DNA of 64,000 nucleotides, taken from positions 66,364 through 130,363 of the forward strand of contig CAVAQT010000001.1 of assembly GCA_963590855.1 (NCBI GenBank), written 5' to 3'. The notes under the pieces are model-generated. The model did no database searches. It was given only the letters and a program-made list of their open reading frames with translations, and was not told where the DNA came from. This document shows positions 53,460 to 62,916 of this stretch, in pieces. Each line of letters begins with the position of its first letter. The stretch's first letter is position 1. Made by a program: the position numbers and the translations under genes. The DNA is from Ruminococcus bromii. Its GTDB lineage: Bacteria > Bacillota > Clostridia > Oscillospirales > Ruminococcaceae.

Positions 53460-53634
53460 GATACATTCTCCTCTCTGTGCCGTGTGACACGGCGGGGATT
53501 CTTTTACCTTATGTAATATACCATATTTTTTTGAGAAATGCAAGCACAGTTTGTGATGATTTGGTGAGAATTGCAAAACAGACCCGCCCTCCGCGGAGAG
53601 CGAGTCTGCTGCAAGTGCAAGGCGTGATTGCCTC

Positions 53635-55485
53635 TTAGAAAATATTGTGATCGAATACCAATACCTGATACTGTCCGCCGTAGCTGTCAGACCAGGAGAA
53701 GGACAGGGTGGTCTCCGACAGCAGGGCATCGCCCCGGCTCACCAGGGTGTCATACTCGCCGGAGTCCAGAAGCAGGAAGTACTTGTCCTGATCGGGCTGT
53801 GTGGTATACCACTCCGCAGCGGTCTGGTAATAATACTTCGTCACGCCGTTGGTCTCGTCCACGCTGACCGAGCGCACCTTTACGGCGTCGTCCGAGATCA
53901 CGGTGACGGAGTTTGCGCGCCAGAAGGTGGCATAGCCATAGTCCAGACCCTGTTCCTCCAGCATCTCTGCCAGCTGGTACTGGACGTTGACCTTTTCGGC
54001 ATCCCGGGGCAGCTTCACCACATTCCATGCGCTGATGGTGCAGAAGCAGATAATGGGGATGCACAGCACCATTGCCATGCGCTGCATCGGGGTGCGCTTT
54101 GCGATCGCCCAGTGCAGGAACGCAATGGAGACGATGGCAGAGGTGCAGACAATGGGGCTGAGCCGCCAGTTTGCCGCAGAGAGCGCGCCGCAGATATAGC
54201 CCACCAGAACCAGTGCAGACACCGCCCAGTGCGCCCACAGGAGAATGTGCATCTGTCTGCCCGAAGTGCCCTTATACTTGGGATAGCAGCAGGTCGCAGC
54301 GATGGGGAGCGCCGCCAGCAGAATGGCAGTGCCCATGCGGATGAGGTTCACGATGCTCTTGCCGGACATCAGGTTTTCGCCGCCGATGTCCTCCAGACCC
54401 AGCAGATTCATCCACGCCAGGGGCAATCCCTGGATGTGTCCCAGCCACTCCGACTGCGCCGTCCAGTTGGAATACGCGTCGGCATAGCCGCCGGTCACGC
54501 CGTCTGCCCAGAACGCGCTGAGCTTCATGCCGGCAACCATCGCAGCGCCCAGGGCGAGCAGCAGGATCAGGCTCTTTCCGTTCCGCTTGCTGCAAAGCGG
54601 TGTCCGGCGATCCAGCAGCCGCTCCAGGAAGATGCCTGCCATCATCGGCAGGGCAAAGATGGTGATGGCTGAGATCTGGTCGGTGCAGCAGAGCATGAAA
54701 AAGACCAGGAACACCGCAAAGGTGATGATCTTGTGCGTCCGGAGCTTCTTGTCATTTTTCCGCAGGGCGGTGAGATTTTGCAGCCGGAACAGCAGCGCCA
54801 GTCCCACAAACAGGAACAGGATGCCCAGGCTGTAGTAGATGGTGTGTCCCCAGAAGATCTCCCGGAGCTTCTTGCTGGCACAGAGCAGCGTCAGAAAGAT
54901 GGCTGCTCCGCCGCAGATCCAGCCCTTGCTGAAATGCATCTCCCGGAGCATCCAGCAGAGCCCCAGGGTCAGCAGCAGGAAGAACAGGAGCATGCCCAGC
55001 ATATGGGTGGTCATGGACAGCCCGAAGAAGGGCATAAAGATCAGCATCAGCAGACTGCCGCCGAAAGGCAGCAGGCAGGCGTAAGTAAAGTCCGGGCTGA
55101 TGAGCTTGCCGCTGTCAAAGGTCGCCTTTGCCCAGTAGATGGTGTCTGTACAGTCGGCGTGAAATTCGCCCTTGGACGGACACAGGATATAGTAGATCAC
55201 CAGCGCCACCGCCGCCAGAAGCAGCAGGGGCGGAACGACCATGCCGGCGATCTTCAGGATCTTCTTTGCCGTTTCCTTTTTCGGGATGCCTGCCGGGAGC
55301 GGCTCTGCGGCGATGGCGTCCGAGCCGAGATCCGCCGGCTCTAAGCCGTCCGGTTCTGCAGCAGACTCAGGCGCTTCTGCGGTCTCCGCCGCTTCGGGCT
55401 GTGCCGGCATCGGTGTGTCTGCGGCGGTCTCTTCCGGGGCTGTGCCGCCGGAGACCGTCTCTAGTTCTCGATTTTCTTCTGTCAT
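53635..55485 (-). CDS. large polytopic membrane protein, GT-C-fold glycosyltransferase-like (tentative)
   Basis: 616 aa. Acidic/Pro-rich N-terminal tail, at least 12 TM segments, and a ~130-aa C-terminal extracytoplasmic domain. Starts 26 nt after the luxS stop. Function is not established from sequence alone. Confidence 0.6.
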   Translation of the reverse strand: MTEENRELETVSGGTAPEETAADTPMPAQPEAAETAEAPESAAEPDGLEPADLGSDAIAAEPLPAGIPKKETAKKILKIAGMVVPPLLLLAAVALVIYYILCPSKGEFHADCTDTIYWAKATFDSGKLISPDFTYACLLPFGGSLLMLIFMPFFGLSMTTHMLGMLLFFLLLTLGLCWMLREMHFSKGWICGGAAIFLTLLCASKKLREIFWGHTIYYSLGILFLFVGLALLFRLQNLTALRKNDKKLRTHKIITFAVFLVFFMLCCTDQISAITIFALPMMAGIFLERLLDRRTPLCSKRNGKSLILLLALGAAMVAGMKLSAFWADGVTGGYADAYSNWTAQSEWLGHIQGLPLAWMNLLGLEDIGGENLMSGKSIVNLIRMGTAILLAALPIAATCCYPKYKGTSGRQMHILLWAHWAVSALVLVGYICGALSAANWRLSPIVCTSAIVSIAFLHWAIAKRTPMQRMAMVLCIPIICFCTISAWNVVKLPRDAEKVNVQYQLAEMLEEQGLDYGYATFWRANSVTVISDDAVKVRSVSVDETNGVTKYYYQTAAEWYTTQPDQDKYFLLLDSGEYDTLVSRGDALLSETTLSFSWSDSYGGQYQVLVFDHNIF

Positions 55486-55511
55486 GATCCTCTTCCTTTC
55501 TTATGCCGATC

Positions 55512-56006
55512 TTACACCGAAGCCGTTCCGGTGAGCACCTCTGCCGGATAGTGCAGCTGTTCCGGTGTCCAGTCCGCCAGAATGGGCTGATATTCCCGTG
55601 CCATTGCCTTTGCGCCCTCCAGGTCATGGGCGAGATAGTTGCCGCACTCCTGCCGCTTTCCGCCGGGGATCTCTCCGGAAAAGTCCAGCACATACTGGAG
55701 CGTCTCCTGCACCAGACGGATGGCATCTGCGCCGGAAACGGTATCCCGGGTCAGAAAGTAGAAGCCGGTGCGGCAGCCCATCGGCCCTACATAGACCACG
55801 CCGTCCGACAGCGGCGTATTCCGCACATAGGTGGCAAAGAGGTGTTCAAAGGTGTGCAGGGCATTGTCCTCCAGATAGTCGCCGTCCGGGTTATTGGGCA
55901 GCTTCATGCGCATGTCATATGTCACCACGTCGCCGTCCACCCGGGAGATATACATCCCCGGCTTCAGAAAGTCGTGGTTGATGGTGAAGCTTGTGATCTG
56001 TTTCAT
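55512..56006 (-). CDS. luxS: S-ribosylhomocysteine lyase
   Basis: Start trimmed to ATG 56006 behind GGAGG. HTFEHLFA metal motif and GPMGCRTGFY. Confidence 0.92.
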   Translation of the reverse strand: MKQITSFTINHDFLKPGMYISRVDGDVVTYDMRMKLPNNPDGDYLEDNALHTFEHLFATYVRNTPLSDGVVYVGPMGCRTGFYFLTRDTVSGADAIRLVQETLQYVLDFSGEIPGGKRQECGNYLAHDLEGAKAMAREYQPILADWTPEQLHYPAEVLTGTASV

Positions 56007-56037
56007 AAAAATCGCCTCCAAAGTAGATTCAACATTC

Positions 56038-56067
56038 ATTATAACAAATTTGCTTTCAGATTGTCAA
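56038..56067 (-). promoter_or_regulatory. luxS promoter
   Basis: Minus strand reads TTGACA-18 nt-TGt-TATAAT. Confidence 0.6.
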
Positions 56068-56271
56068 GGTTTTTCTTGGAAAAATACAAAAAAACCGGGG
56101 ATTTCCGCCGCACCCCACACCATGCGCCCACCGGTCAGACAAATGGCGCCGCGCCGCCCCGAAACGCTCCCTTTCTGAACATTTTGCCGGAATCGTGTAA
56201 ATTCTCCGTTCATAGTTGCACACACCCGTGCAACTTTTGCCTGCTGCGGGACTATTTATGGGAGGCAGTGG

Positions 56272-56370
56272 GCTCACTGCTGAGCTTTACCCCCCAATTT
56301 CGCGGAGAGAAACGGGCAGCGTCACGGCGGCGGAAGCCGCCTATAACCCCTCCGGGGAATTGTTGTTTCC
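56272..56370. repeat. ~95-nt repeat module shared with 32471-32572
   Basis: GCTGAGCTTTACCCCCCAATTTCGCGGAGAGAAACGGGCAGCGTCACGGCGGCGGAAGCCGCC... aligns with the 32478 copy. The GGCGG/CCGCC stem corresponds to GGCAG/CTGCC there. Confidence 0.8.
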
Positions 56371-56410
56371 GGTACGCGAAAAAACCCTTTTAGCCTCCCT
56401 TGAAAAGGGA

Positions 56411-56598
56411 GGTGGATGCTCCATCAGGAGCAGACGGAGGGATAACACCTCAATCACCGCCCGGAACCCCCAACCGTAGGGGCGAACATTGTTCGCCCGC
56501 CACGACTCCTCCGGCACTGCGTGCCACCTCCTCTAAGAGAGGAGGCTTCATATTGTCTCCTCTTCCAGAGGAGATGCCCGACAGGGCAGAGGAGTTGT
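56411..56598. repeat. 188-nt direct repeat, copy 1 (chain of short hairpins)
   Basis: Same unit recurs at 56679-56866. The last ~97 nt are identical and the first ~90 nt carry scattered differences. Confidence 0.9.
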
Positions 56599-56634
56599 CT
56601 TGCCTCCCTTGAAAAGGGTGATTCCCCACGGGGT

Positions 56635-56665
56635 GGGGAAATGTCACCGTAGGTGACAAAGGGGA
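56635..56665. repeat. double-hairpin repeat, inverted copy
   Basis: The reverse complement TCCCCTTTGTCACCTACGGTGACATTTCCCC aligns with 25090-25117. Confidence 0.65.
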
Positions 56666-56678
56666 CCGCTCAGTACGA

Positions 56679-56866
56679 GGTGGATGCTCCGTCAGGAGCA
56701 GACGGAGGGATAACACCTCAGTCCATCGCCCGGAAACCCCAATCGTAGGGGCGAACATGGTTCGCCCCTACGACTCCTCCGGCACTGCGTGCCACCTCCT
56801 CTAAGAGAGGAGGCTTCATATTGTCTCCTCTTCCAGAGGAGATGCCCGACAGGGCAGAGGAGTTGT
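56679..56866. repeat. 188-nt direct repeat, copy 2
   Basis: See copy 1. The period between copies is 268 nt. Confidence 0.9.
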
Positions 56867-56932
56867 TAAAAACAAAATGCATAGTGGTCTCCGCCCACAT
56901 CACCCACCCATTTCAGAAAGGAGTACTATCCC

Positions 56933-57409
56933 ATGGTAGAAGAAGAAAAGAAGTCATTTTTGTTGTACACCGACCGCTGGAAGGAGATCCAGATGCTGTC
57001 CAATGAACAGTGCGGCATCCTGTTCAAGGCGATCTTCACCTATGTCAACACCGGCGAGCCACTGGAAACCGACGATCTCGCCCTGCGCCTGTTTTTCAGC
57101 TTTCTGACCTCCCAGATCGACGAGAACACGCGGAAGTGGATCGCCACCCGGAAAGCACGGGCAGAAGCAGGCAAAAAGGGCGGCAGACCCAAAAAAGCAA
57201 ACGAAAGCAAAAAAGCAAATGCTTTTTCAGAAAAGCAAGTCAAAGCAAAAAAAGCTGTTACTGTAACTGGTACTGATACTGTTACTGGTACAGTAACAGT
57301 ATCAGAGACAATACCGCAGGACAGCACCGCCCTGGAACGGGCGGCACTGCCTGCGCCGGAAGAGGAGGCGGTGATCCCATGGGATGAGATCGACTTTGAG
57401 CTGGTGTGA
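56933..57409 (+). CDS. orphan phage/prophage-type small protein (DUF6291-like by recollection)
   Basis: 158 aa. FLLYTDRWKEIQMLSNEQCGILFKAIFTYVNTGE ... RKARAEAGKKGGRPKK pattern, which I associate with small phage replication-module proteins. The family name is from memory only. Confidence 0.6.
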   Translation: MVEEEKKSFLLYTDRWKEIQMLSNEQCGILFKAIFTYVNTGEPLETDDLALRLFFSFLTSQIDENTRKWIATRKARAEAGKKGGRPKKANESKKANAFSEKQVKAKKAVTVTGTDTVTGTVTVSETIPQDSTALERAALPAPEEEAVIPWDEIDFELV

Positions 57410-57474
57410 GTACAGCAAAAAAAGCCGTCACATCCGGTCTCCCGCTGTGACAGCTTTTCGGTCTGAGATTCTGT

Positions 57475-59433
57475 TTATGCCTGCGTCTCCTGCGGTGCAT
57501 CTCCGCCTTCTGACGGCTTGGGGGCATCTTCTGCCGGTGCAGCTTCTGCGGCAGCTTCGGCGGTCTCTGCCGGCTTCTCCGGAAGCTCCTCGAACTGAGA
57601 CGGATCCATCTTGCCCTGCATCAGGGTCTCGAAGTCGTCCTTCTCGATCTTCTCGTGGATCATCAGATACTTCGCCAGCAGCTCCAGCTGATCCATGTGC
57701 ATTTGCAGGATCGCCGTCGCCTTGTCGTATGCCTTTTCCACGATCTCCCGTACCTCGTCGTCGATCTCGCCGGCAACGCGGTCGGAATAGTCCCGGGACG
57801 AGCCCAGGTCTCTGCCCAGGAACACTTCGTTCTGGTCATTGCCGTAGACCACCGGGCCCAGCTTTTCGCTGAAGCCATAGCGTGTCACCATGCTCCGTGC
57901 CGTAGAAGTGGCGCGCTCCAGGTCGTTGGATGCGCCGGTGGAGATATCGTCCAGCACCAGCTGTTCTGCGACTCTGCCGCCCAGCAGGGTGATGATGTTC
58001 TCCTCCATCTCCTTCTTGGAGACGAAGCTCTTGTCCTGTTCCGGCAGGGACATGGTATAGCCGCCCGCCATGCCTCTGGGGATAATGGACACCTGGTGCA
58101 CCTTATCCTGGTGATCGCAGTAATAGGTGCAGACGGCGTGGCCTGCCTCGTGGAATGCGGTGAGACGCTTTTCCTTGGGTGTCACCTTGTGGGACTTCTT
58201 CTCCGGGCCGGCGATGACCTTGATGGTCGCCTCCTGGATCTCCTCCATGGTGATGGCCTTCTTGTTCTTTCGTGCCGCCAGCAGGCAGGCTTCGTTCACC
58301 AGGTTTTCCAGATCTGCGCCCGTAAAGCCCACGGTGGACTTTGCGATGGTGGTGAGATCTACATCCGGGCCGATGCTCTTGCTCTTGGTGTGCACCTTGA
58401 GGATCTGTTCTCTGCCCTTGACATCCGGATAGCCCACCACGATCTGGCGGTCGAACCGTCCCGGACGGAGCAGCGCCGGGTCGAGGATGTCTCTCCGGTT
58501 GGTGGCGGCGATGACGATGACGTTATCCTTTCCGGTAAAGCCGTCCATCTCCACCAGCAGCTGGTTCAGGGTCTGTTCCCGTTCGTCGTGTCCGCCGCCG
58601 ATGCCTGTGCCGCGGTGCCGTCCCACGGCGTCGATCTCGTCGATAAAGATGATGGAAGGCGCGTTCTTCTTCGCCTGGTCGAACAGGTCGCGGACACGGG
58701 ACGCACCCACGCCCACGAACATTTCCACGAAGTCTGAACCGGAGATGGAGAAGAACGGGCAGCCTGCTTCGCCGGCAACCGCTCTGGCGAGAAGGGTCTT
58801 ACCAGTACCCGGAGGGCCCATGAGCAGCACGCCCTTGGGGATCCGCGCGCCCAGCTCGGCGTACTTCCGGGGATTCTTCAAGAAGTCCACGATCTCTTCC
58901 AGCTCGTGCTTTTCCTCATCGGCTCCGGCAACGTCGGCGAAGGTCGCCTTGCGGGTGTTCGCCTGGTTCTTGATGTTCGCCTTGCCGAAGGAGGTGTACT
59001 TTCCGCCGCCGTTCGCCTGGCGCATCATGAACACAAACAGCAGGATCATCAGCACCAGCAGCACCAGGGTGGGGATCAGCGTCAGCAGCCAGGAATTGTC
59101 CCGGATCTTATAATAGTCCACCTGCAGCGGTTCGTCCGGGTGCTGCATGTTGTAGTTCTTGCGGTAGTTCGCCGTATCCTCCCGGAACACGGAGACATTC
59201 GGGACATCATAGGTGAACTTGTCGCCGTTGTCCAGCGTCAGCTTCAGCTCTCCCGTGCCCAGATCCAGGGTATAGGCGGTGACCTCATAGTTGTCGAAAT
59301 ATTTCATGACATCAGAATACTTGGTCTCCCGGCTGCCGCCCTTTACGCTGGACAGCAGGAACACCAGTGCGATGATGAGCACAACGACAACGAGCAGATA
59401 TGCGCCGATCCCACGGCCTTTCTTTGGTGTCAA
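57475..59433 (-). CDS. ftsH: ATP-dependent zinc metalloprotease FtsH (paralogue 2)
   Basis: Walker [14 protein letters not shown], zinc site HEAGHAV. Start proposed at TTG 59433, 7 nt after GGAGTGA ((M)[16 protein letters not shown]). The track ATG 59547 would overlap tilS by 58 nt. Confidence 0.9.
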   Translation of the reverse strand: MTPKKGRGIGAYLLVVVVLIIALVFLLSSVKGGSRETKYSDVMKYFDNYEVTAYTLDLGTGELKLTLDNGDKFTYDVPNVSVFREDTANYRKNYNMQHPDEPLQVDYYKIRDNSWLLTLIPTLVLLVLMILLFVFMMRQANGGGKYTSFGKANIKNQANTRKATFADVAGADEEKHELEEIVDFLKNPRKYAELGARIPKGVLLMGPPGTGKTLLARAVAGEAGCPFFSISGSDFVEMFVGVGASRVRDLFDQAKKNAPSIIFIDEIDAVGRHRGTGIGGGHDEREQTLNQLLVEMDGFTGKDNVIVIAATNRRDILDPALLRPGRFDRQIVVGYPDVKGREQILKVHTKSKSIGPDVDLTTIAKSTVGFTGADLENLVNEACLLAARKNKKAITMEEIQEATIKVIAGPEKKSHKVTPKEKRLTAFHEAGHAVCTYYCDHQDKVHQVSIIPRGMAGGYTMSLPEQDKSFVSKKEMEENIITLLGGRVAEQLVLDDISTGASNDLERATSTARSMVTRYGFSEKLGPVVYGNDQNEVFLGRDLGSSRDYSDRVAGEIDDEVREIVEKAYDKATAILQMHMDQLELLAKYLMIHEKIEKDDFETLMQGKMDPSQFEELPEKPAETAEAAAEAAPAEDAPKPSEGGDAPQETQA

Positions 59434-59489
59434 ATCACATTCACTCCATTCTGTTGAAAAGAGATCGCAGCTTCTGTTCGCAGAAATCT

Positions 59490-60857
59490 CTATGTCAGTT
59501 CCGTCATTTCCAGCACCAGAAGCCGCCGGGTGTCTGCATCGGGACACACACGGGCAGCACAGCCCGCACCCTCTGCATAGATCACACCCGACGCGTCCGC
59601 CAGAACATGCGCAAAGGCACGGCGCTCCGGCGGCAGGTTCGCCTGGATCAGCTTTTTCAGCGACGAGGTGAACCCTCTCCCCGGCAGCGCGATCCGGTCT
59701 CCCGGCTGTCTGGCGCGCAGGAAAATCTCACCTTTTATTTTATCATAATCCAGAGACGCATTTGCAAATTTTCTATGAATATTTCTGATTTTTTCCGATT
59801 CTTCTATGGGAGATATCTGTGCACGGAGCAAAAATCCGGGAAAAAGCACGTTTTCGCCCAGGCGGAGCTTCACGGCGGCAGGCTGCTGCGGCGGCGCAGG
59901 CATGTGTGCTATCCGAAGTGTGCCCGATTTTCCCACGGCGTAAACATCTCCGGACAAATTCCATCTGCCGCCCTGCCGCGTCAGCCGTTCCAGCCGTTCC
60001 AGAAGCGGTGCGTCACAGGCGAAGCCCAGCTCTTCCAGCAGCAGCGCCAGGCAGCGAAACCGCAGCGCCGGATGCAGCGCGTCCAGTCCCGTGAGACCGT
60101 CCCCGCAGGTGTGACACCGGGCATAGGCCGCCTTTGCCTGCTCCATGAGGTAATCGTCCTCCCGGCGGAGACTGCGCAGGGTATATGCCGCGGTGCGCTC
60201 TGCCGCCGGGTTCAGCGTCCGCAGCACCGGGATGATCCGGTGGCGGATCTTGTTCCGGGTATAGTCGTCGGTGAGGTTGGTGCTGTCCGTCACATAGTCC
60301 TGTCCCAGGGCTTCGAGATACGCCTCTGCCTGCTGCCGGGTCACGGTCAGCAGCGGCCGGAGAAACCTGCCGTTTACCGGCGGAATGGCAGTCAGTCCAT
60401 GGAGACTCGCGCCCCGTGTCATGCGGTGCACCAGGGTCTCCAGGTTGTCCGACGCGGTGTGCGCCGTGGCGATCCAGTCCGCCGCCACCTGTGCGAACGC
60501 CTCATAGCGGCACAGCCGGGCAGCCAGCTCTGCGGAGCAGTGTTCCGCCGCCGCACGCGCCGCCGCATTCACATCCAGCACCGTCAGGCGCACGCCCAGG
60601 GCTTCGCACAGATGCCGGCAGAAGTCGGCGTCCCGGTCGCTCTCGCTGCCCCGGAGGTGGTGGTTCACATGCACGGCGGTGACGGTGATCTCCAGCTCCC
60701 GGCGCAGCGCCAGCAGACACCGCAGGAGACAAACGCTGTCTGCGCCGCCGGAAAGGGCACAGCACACCGTCTGTCCCGGCTGCACCGCGTCCAGTTCCCT
60801 CAGCTGTTTCCTCACGGCACGGGGCAATGCATCAGCTCTCATCGCGCATTTCCGCAT
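59490..60857 (-). CDS. tilS: tRNA(Ile)-lysidine synthetase
   Basis: PP-loop ALSGGADS. Lies upstream of ftsH as in Firmicutes. The start (60857 or 60842) overlaps the end of dnaB. Confidence 0.88.
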   Translation of the reverse strand: MRKCAMRADALPRAVRKQLRELDAVQPGQTVCCALSGGADSVCLLRCLLALRRELEITVTAVHVNHHLRGSESDRDADFCRHLCEALGVRLTVLDVNAAARAAAEHCSAELAARLCRYEAFAQVAADWIATAHTASDNLETLVHRMTRGASLHGLTAIPPVNGRFLRPLLTVTRQQAEAYLEALGQDYVTDSTNLTDDYTRNKIRHRIIPVLRTLNPAAERTAAYTLRSLRREDDYLMEQAKAAYARCHTCGDGLTGLDALHPALRFRCLALLLEELGFACDAPLLERLERLTRQGGRWNLSGDVYAVGKSGTLRIAHMPAPPQQPAAVKLRLGENVLFPGFLLRAQISPIEESEKIRNIHRKFANASLDYDKIKGEIFLRARQPGDRIALPGRGFTSSLKKLIQANLPPERRAFAHVLADASGVIYAEGAGCAARVCPDADTRRLLVLEMTELT

Positions 60858-62178
60858 TGGAGAAGCGTGTGAACTGGCCGTCCCACATCAGCTTGATGGT
60901 GCCGGTCTCGCCGTGACGGTTCTTTGCCACGATGCATTCCGAGATGTTGGGCGTGGGGCTGTCCTTATTATAGTAGGCATCCCGGTAGAGGAACATGACG
61001 ATGTCGGCATCCTGCTCGATCGAACCGGATTCACGGAGGTCAGACAGCATAGGGCGCTTGTCGGTACGGCTCTCCGGGCCGCGGGACAGCTGTGACAGCA
61101 CGATCACCGGCACATCCAGTTCCTTTGCCATGATCTTCAGCTGACGGGTGATCTCGGAGATGATGAGTACGCGGTTGTCCGTCCGCAGCGTCGAGCCCAT
61201 GAGCTGGAGATAGTCGATGACCACCAGTCCCAGGTTTTTCATCCGGCGCAGCTTCGCCTTGATCTGCTGCACCGTCACGCTTGCGGTATCGTCGATGTAC
61301 ATGGGCAGACCGCTGAGCACGCCGGCGCTGGTGGCGAGGCGCACCCAGTCCTCATTGGTGAGAAAGCCGCTGCGGAGCTTGTTGGACTCCACCAGGGACT
61401 CTGTGGAGAGCATACGGGTGGCAAGCTGTTCCTTGGACATTTCCAGAGAGAAGATCGCCACCTCCTTGTCGCTGTGCCGCGCCACATTGGTGGCGATGTT
61501 CATGGCGAAAGAGGTCTTTCCCATACCCGGACGGGCGGCGATCAGCAGCAGGTCGGATTTGTTCAGACCGGAGGTGATGGTGTCCAGATAGGTGAAGCCC
61601 GTCTTTGCGCCCAGGTACTTCTCCTTATCCGGGCCGGCGATCTTGCCGATGCGGTCATAGGCTTCGCAGATGGCGTCGCCGATCTTCGCCAGACCCTGGG
61701 CGCTCTTGCCCTGCCGGATGTCGAAAATGCGCTGTTCCGCCGCATCCATCAGCGTCTGGGCGTTGGTCTCGCCGGACTGGATGTCCTGCAAAATGCCCCG
61801 CGCCGCAAACGCCAGGCAGCGGATGTAATACTTTTCGGACACGATGGCGCAGTAGCTCTCGATATTCGAGGTGGACGGCACGATGTTGATGAGCGCCGCC
61901 AGATAGTTTCTGCCCTCTGCGGCATTCTCGAACACCTTCCGCGCCACCGCCTCATTGAGCACGGTGATGACGTCCGCCTTTTCGCCGGAGGTGAACATCT
62001 GAAAGATGATCTGGAACAGCTCCCGGTGCTGCTCGTTGAAGAAGCACTCCGGGCGGATGGTCTCCAGCACCACGGGCAGCACGTTGGCATCCTGTAGGAT
62101 CGCGCCCAGAATGGTCTGCTCTGCCTCCAGGCTGAACGGCAGCTCTGCATTTTCGTTGGAATATAGGGTATCTGCCAT
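60832..62178 (-). CDS. dnaB: replicative DNA helicase
   Basis: 448 aa. LEAEQTILGAIL N-terminus and Walker A ARPGMGKTSFAMN. Confidence 0.95.
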   Translation of the reverse strand: MADTLYSNENAELPFSLEAEQTILGAILQDANVLPVVLETIRPECFFNEQHRELFQIIFQMFTSGEKADVITVLNEAVARKVFENAAEGRNYLAALINIVPSTSNIESYCAIVSEKYYIRCLAFAARGILQDIQSGETNAQTLMDAAEQRIFDIRQGKSAQGLAKIGDAICEAYDRIGKIAGPDKEKYLGAKTGFTYLDTITSGLNKSDLLLIAARPGMGKTSFAMNIATNVARHSDKEVAIFSLEMSKEQLATRMLSTESLVESNKLRSGFLTNEDWVRLATSAGVLSGLPMYIDDTASVTVQQIKAKLRRMKNLGLVVIDYLQLMGSTLRTDNRVLIISEITRQLKIMAKELDVPVIVLSQLSRGPESRTDKRPMLSDLRESGSIEQDADIVMFLYRDAYYNKDSPTPNISECIVAKNRHGETGTIKLMWDGQFTRFSNAEMRDES

Positions 62179-62310
62179 GAAAAAAACCTCCTAGGGAAAA
62201 ACAATGCGGGACGAAAGCCACTCGAAATCAATTTTTTCACTGCCCACTTCAAAAAGGCATCCGCAGGATGTGCCTTGTGCTGGGATGGCTGCTCCACAGG
62301 GAACAGACAA

Positions 62311-62366
62311 GGGGAATATCCCCCTGTCAGCTTACGCTGACATCCCCCTTTTCAAGGGGGACTTTC
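62311..62366. repeat. triple-hairpin interspersed repeat (same family as 25089)
   Basis: GGGGA-ata-TCCCC, GTCAGC-ttac-GCTGAC, TCCCCCTT-ttc-AAGGGGGA. Lies 64 nt downstream of the rplI stop. Confidence 0.7.
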
Positions 62367-62429
62367 TGAAAAATTGATTGCGTGCGAAAGACGTACCCGC
62401 ATTGCTGAAATTTCAAATGAAGCTCAATG

Positions 62430-62876
62430 TTATTCCTCGACGACCTCGACTGTCACCTTCACCGAAATGCCGGTGTACAGGCGGATGTCTGCCTCATAGC
62501 TGCCGAAGTTCTTGATGTCGGATTTCAGGCTGATCTTCTTCTTGTCGATCTTGCAGCCGAACTGCTTTTCGATGCACTCAGCGATTTGTGCCGCTGTGAC
62601 TGCACCGAACAGTCTGCCGCCGTTGCCTGCCTTTGCTGCTGCGCGGACGGTCTGTCCCTTCAGCTTGTCGGCGATCGCCTGGGCGTTCTGCTTTTCCACG
62701 TCGATCTTGTGGGCGGCAGAGGACTGCTTTCCGGAAAGCTCTGACAGGTTCTGGGGCGTTGCCTCTACTGCCAGTCCCTTTTTCAGCAGCATATTCCGTG
62801 CATAGCCGTCAGAGACGTTCTTGACCTCGCCCTTTTTGCCGGAGCCTTTTACATCCTGTAGAAAAATCACTTTCAT
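62430..62876 (-). CDS. rplI: 50S ribosomal protein L9
   Basis: 148 aa, [28 protein letters not shown]. Confidence 0.95.
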   Translation of the reverse strand: MKVIFLQDVKGSGKKGEVKNVSDGYARNMLLKKGLAVEATPQNLSELSGKQSSAAHKIDVEKQNAQAIADKLKGQTVRAAAKAGNGGRLFGAVTAAQIAECIEKQFGCKIDKKKISLKSDIKNFGSYEADIRLYTGISVKVTVEVVEE

Positions 62877-62916
62877 GGTTCTCTCTCCTTCTATTTCTAG
62901 TACGCTGTGTCAGCGT

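Noticed and set aside
56411-56866. Possible CRISPR array.
   Set aside because: There are only two copies of a 188-nt unit, separated by 80 nt that is itself repeat-derived. There are no 25-40-nt repeat/spacer periodicity and no cas genes.
56270-56870. Possible large structured ncRNA (ROOL/GOLLD-like) next to a phage-type gene.
   Set aside because: The block is built from modules that recur independently elsewhere in the window (32471-32836, 25089, 62311), and it contains an internal 97-nt stretch of 100 % identity. This fits interspersed repeats better than a single folded RNA. I cannot run a covariance model, so this is a judgement rather than a test.
56400-56903. ORFs of 61-102 aa inside the repeat block (56400-56612, 56450-56758, 56718-56903) and the analogous ORFs at 32560-33006.
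   Set aside because: They are generated by the hairpin repeats themselves and give the same peptides in both copies. They have no RBS and a low-complexity Pro/Gly/Arg/Ser composition.
56933-57409. Prophage or integrative element around the phage-type gene.
   Set aside because: No integrase, terminase, capsid, repressor or att-like flanking direct repeats are visible. The neighbours are luxS and ftsH. At most this is a remnant.
59434-59547. The ATG at 59547 as the ftsH paralogue 2 start.
   Set aside because: It would overlap tilS by 58 nt and add a Cys/Arg/Ser-rich non-FtsH extension. TTG 59433 has an ideally spaced SD and gives a typical Lys-rich N-terminus before TM1.
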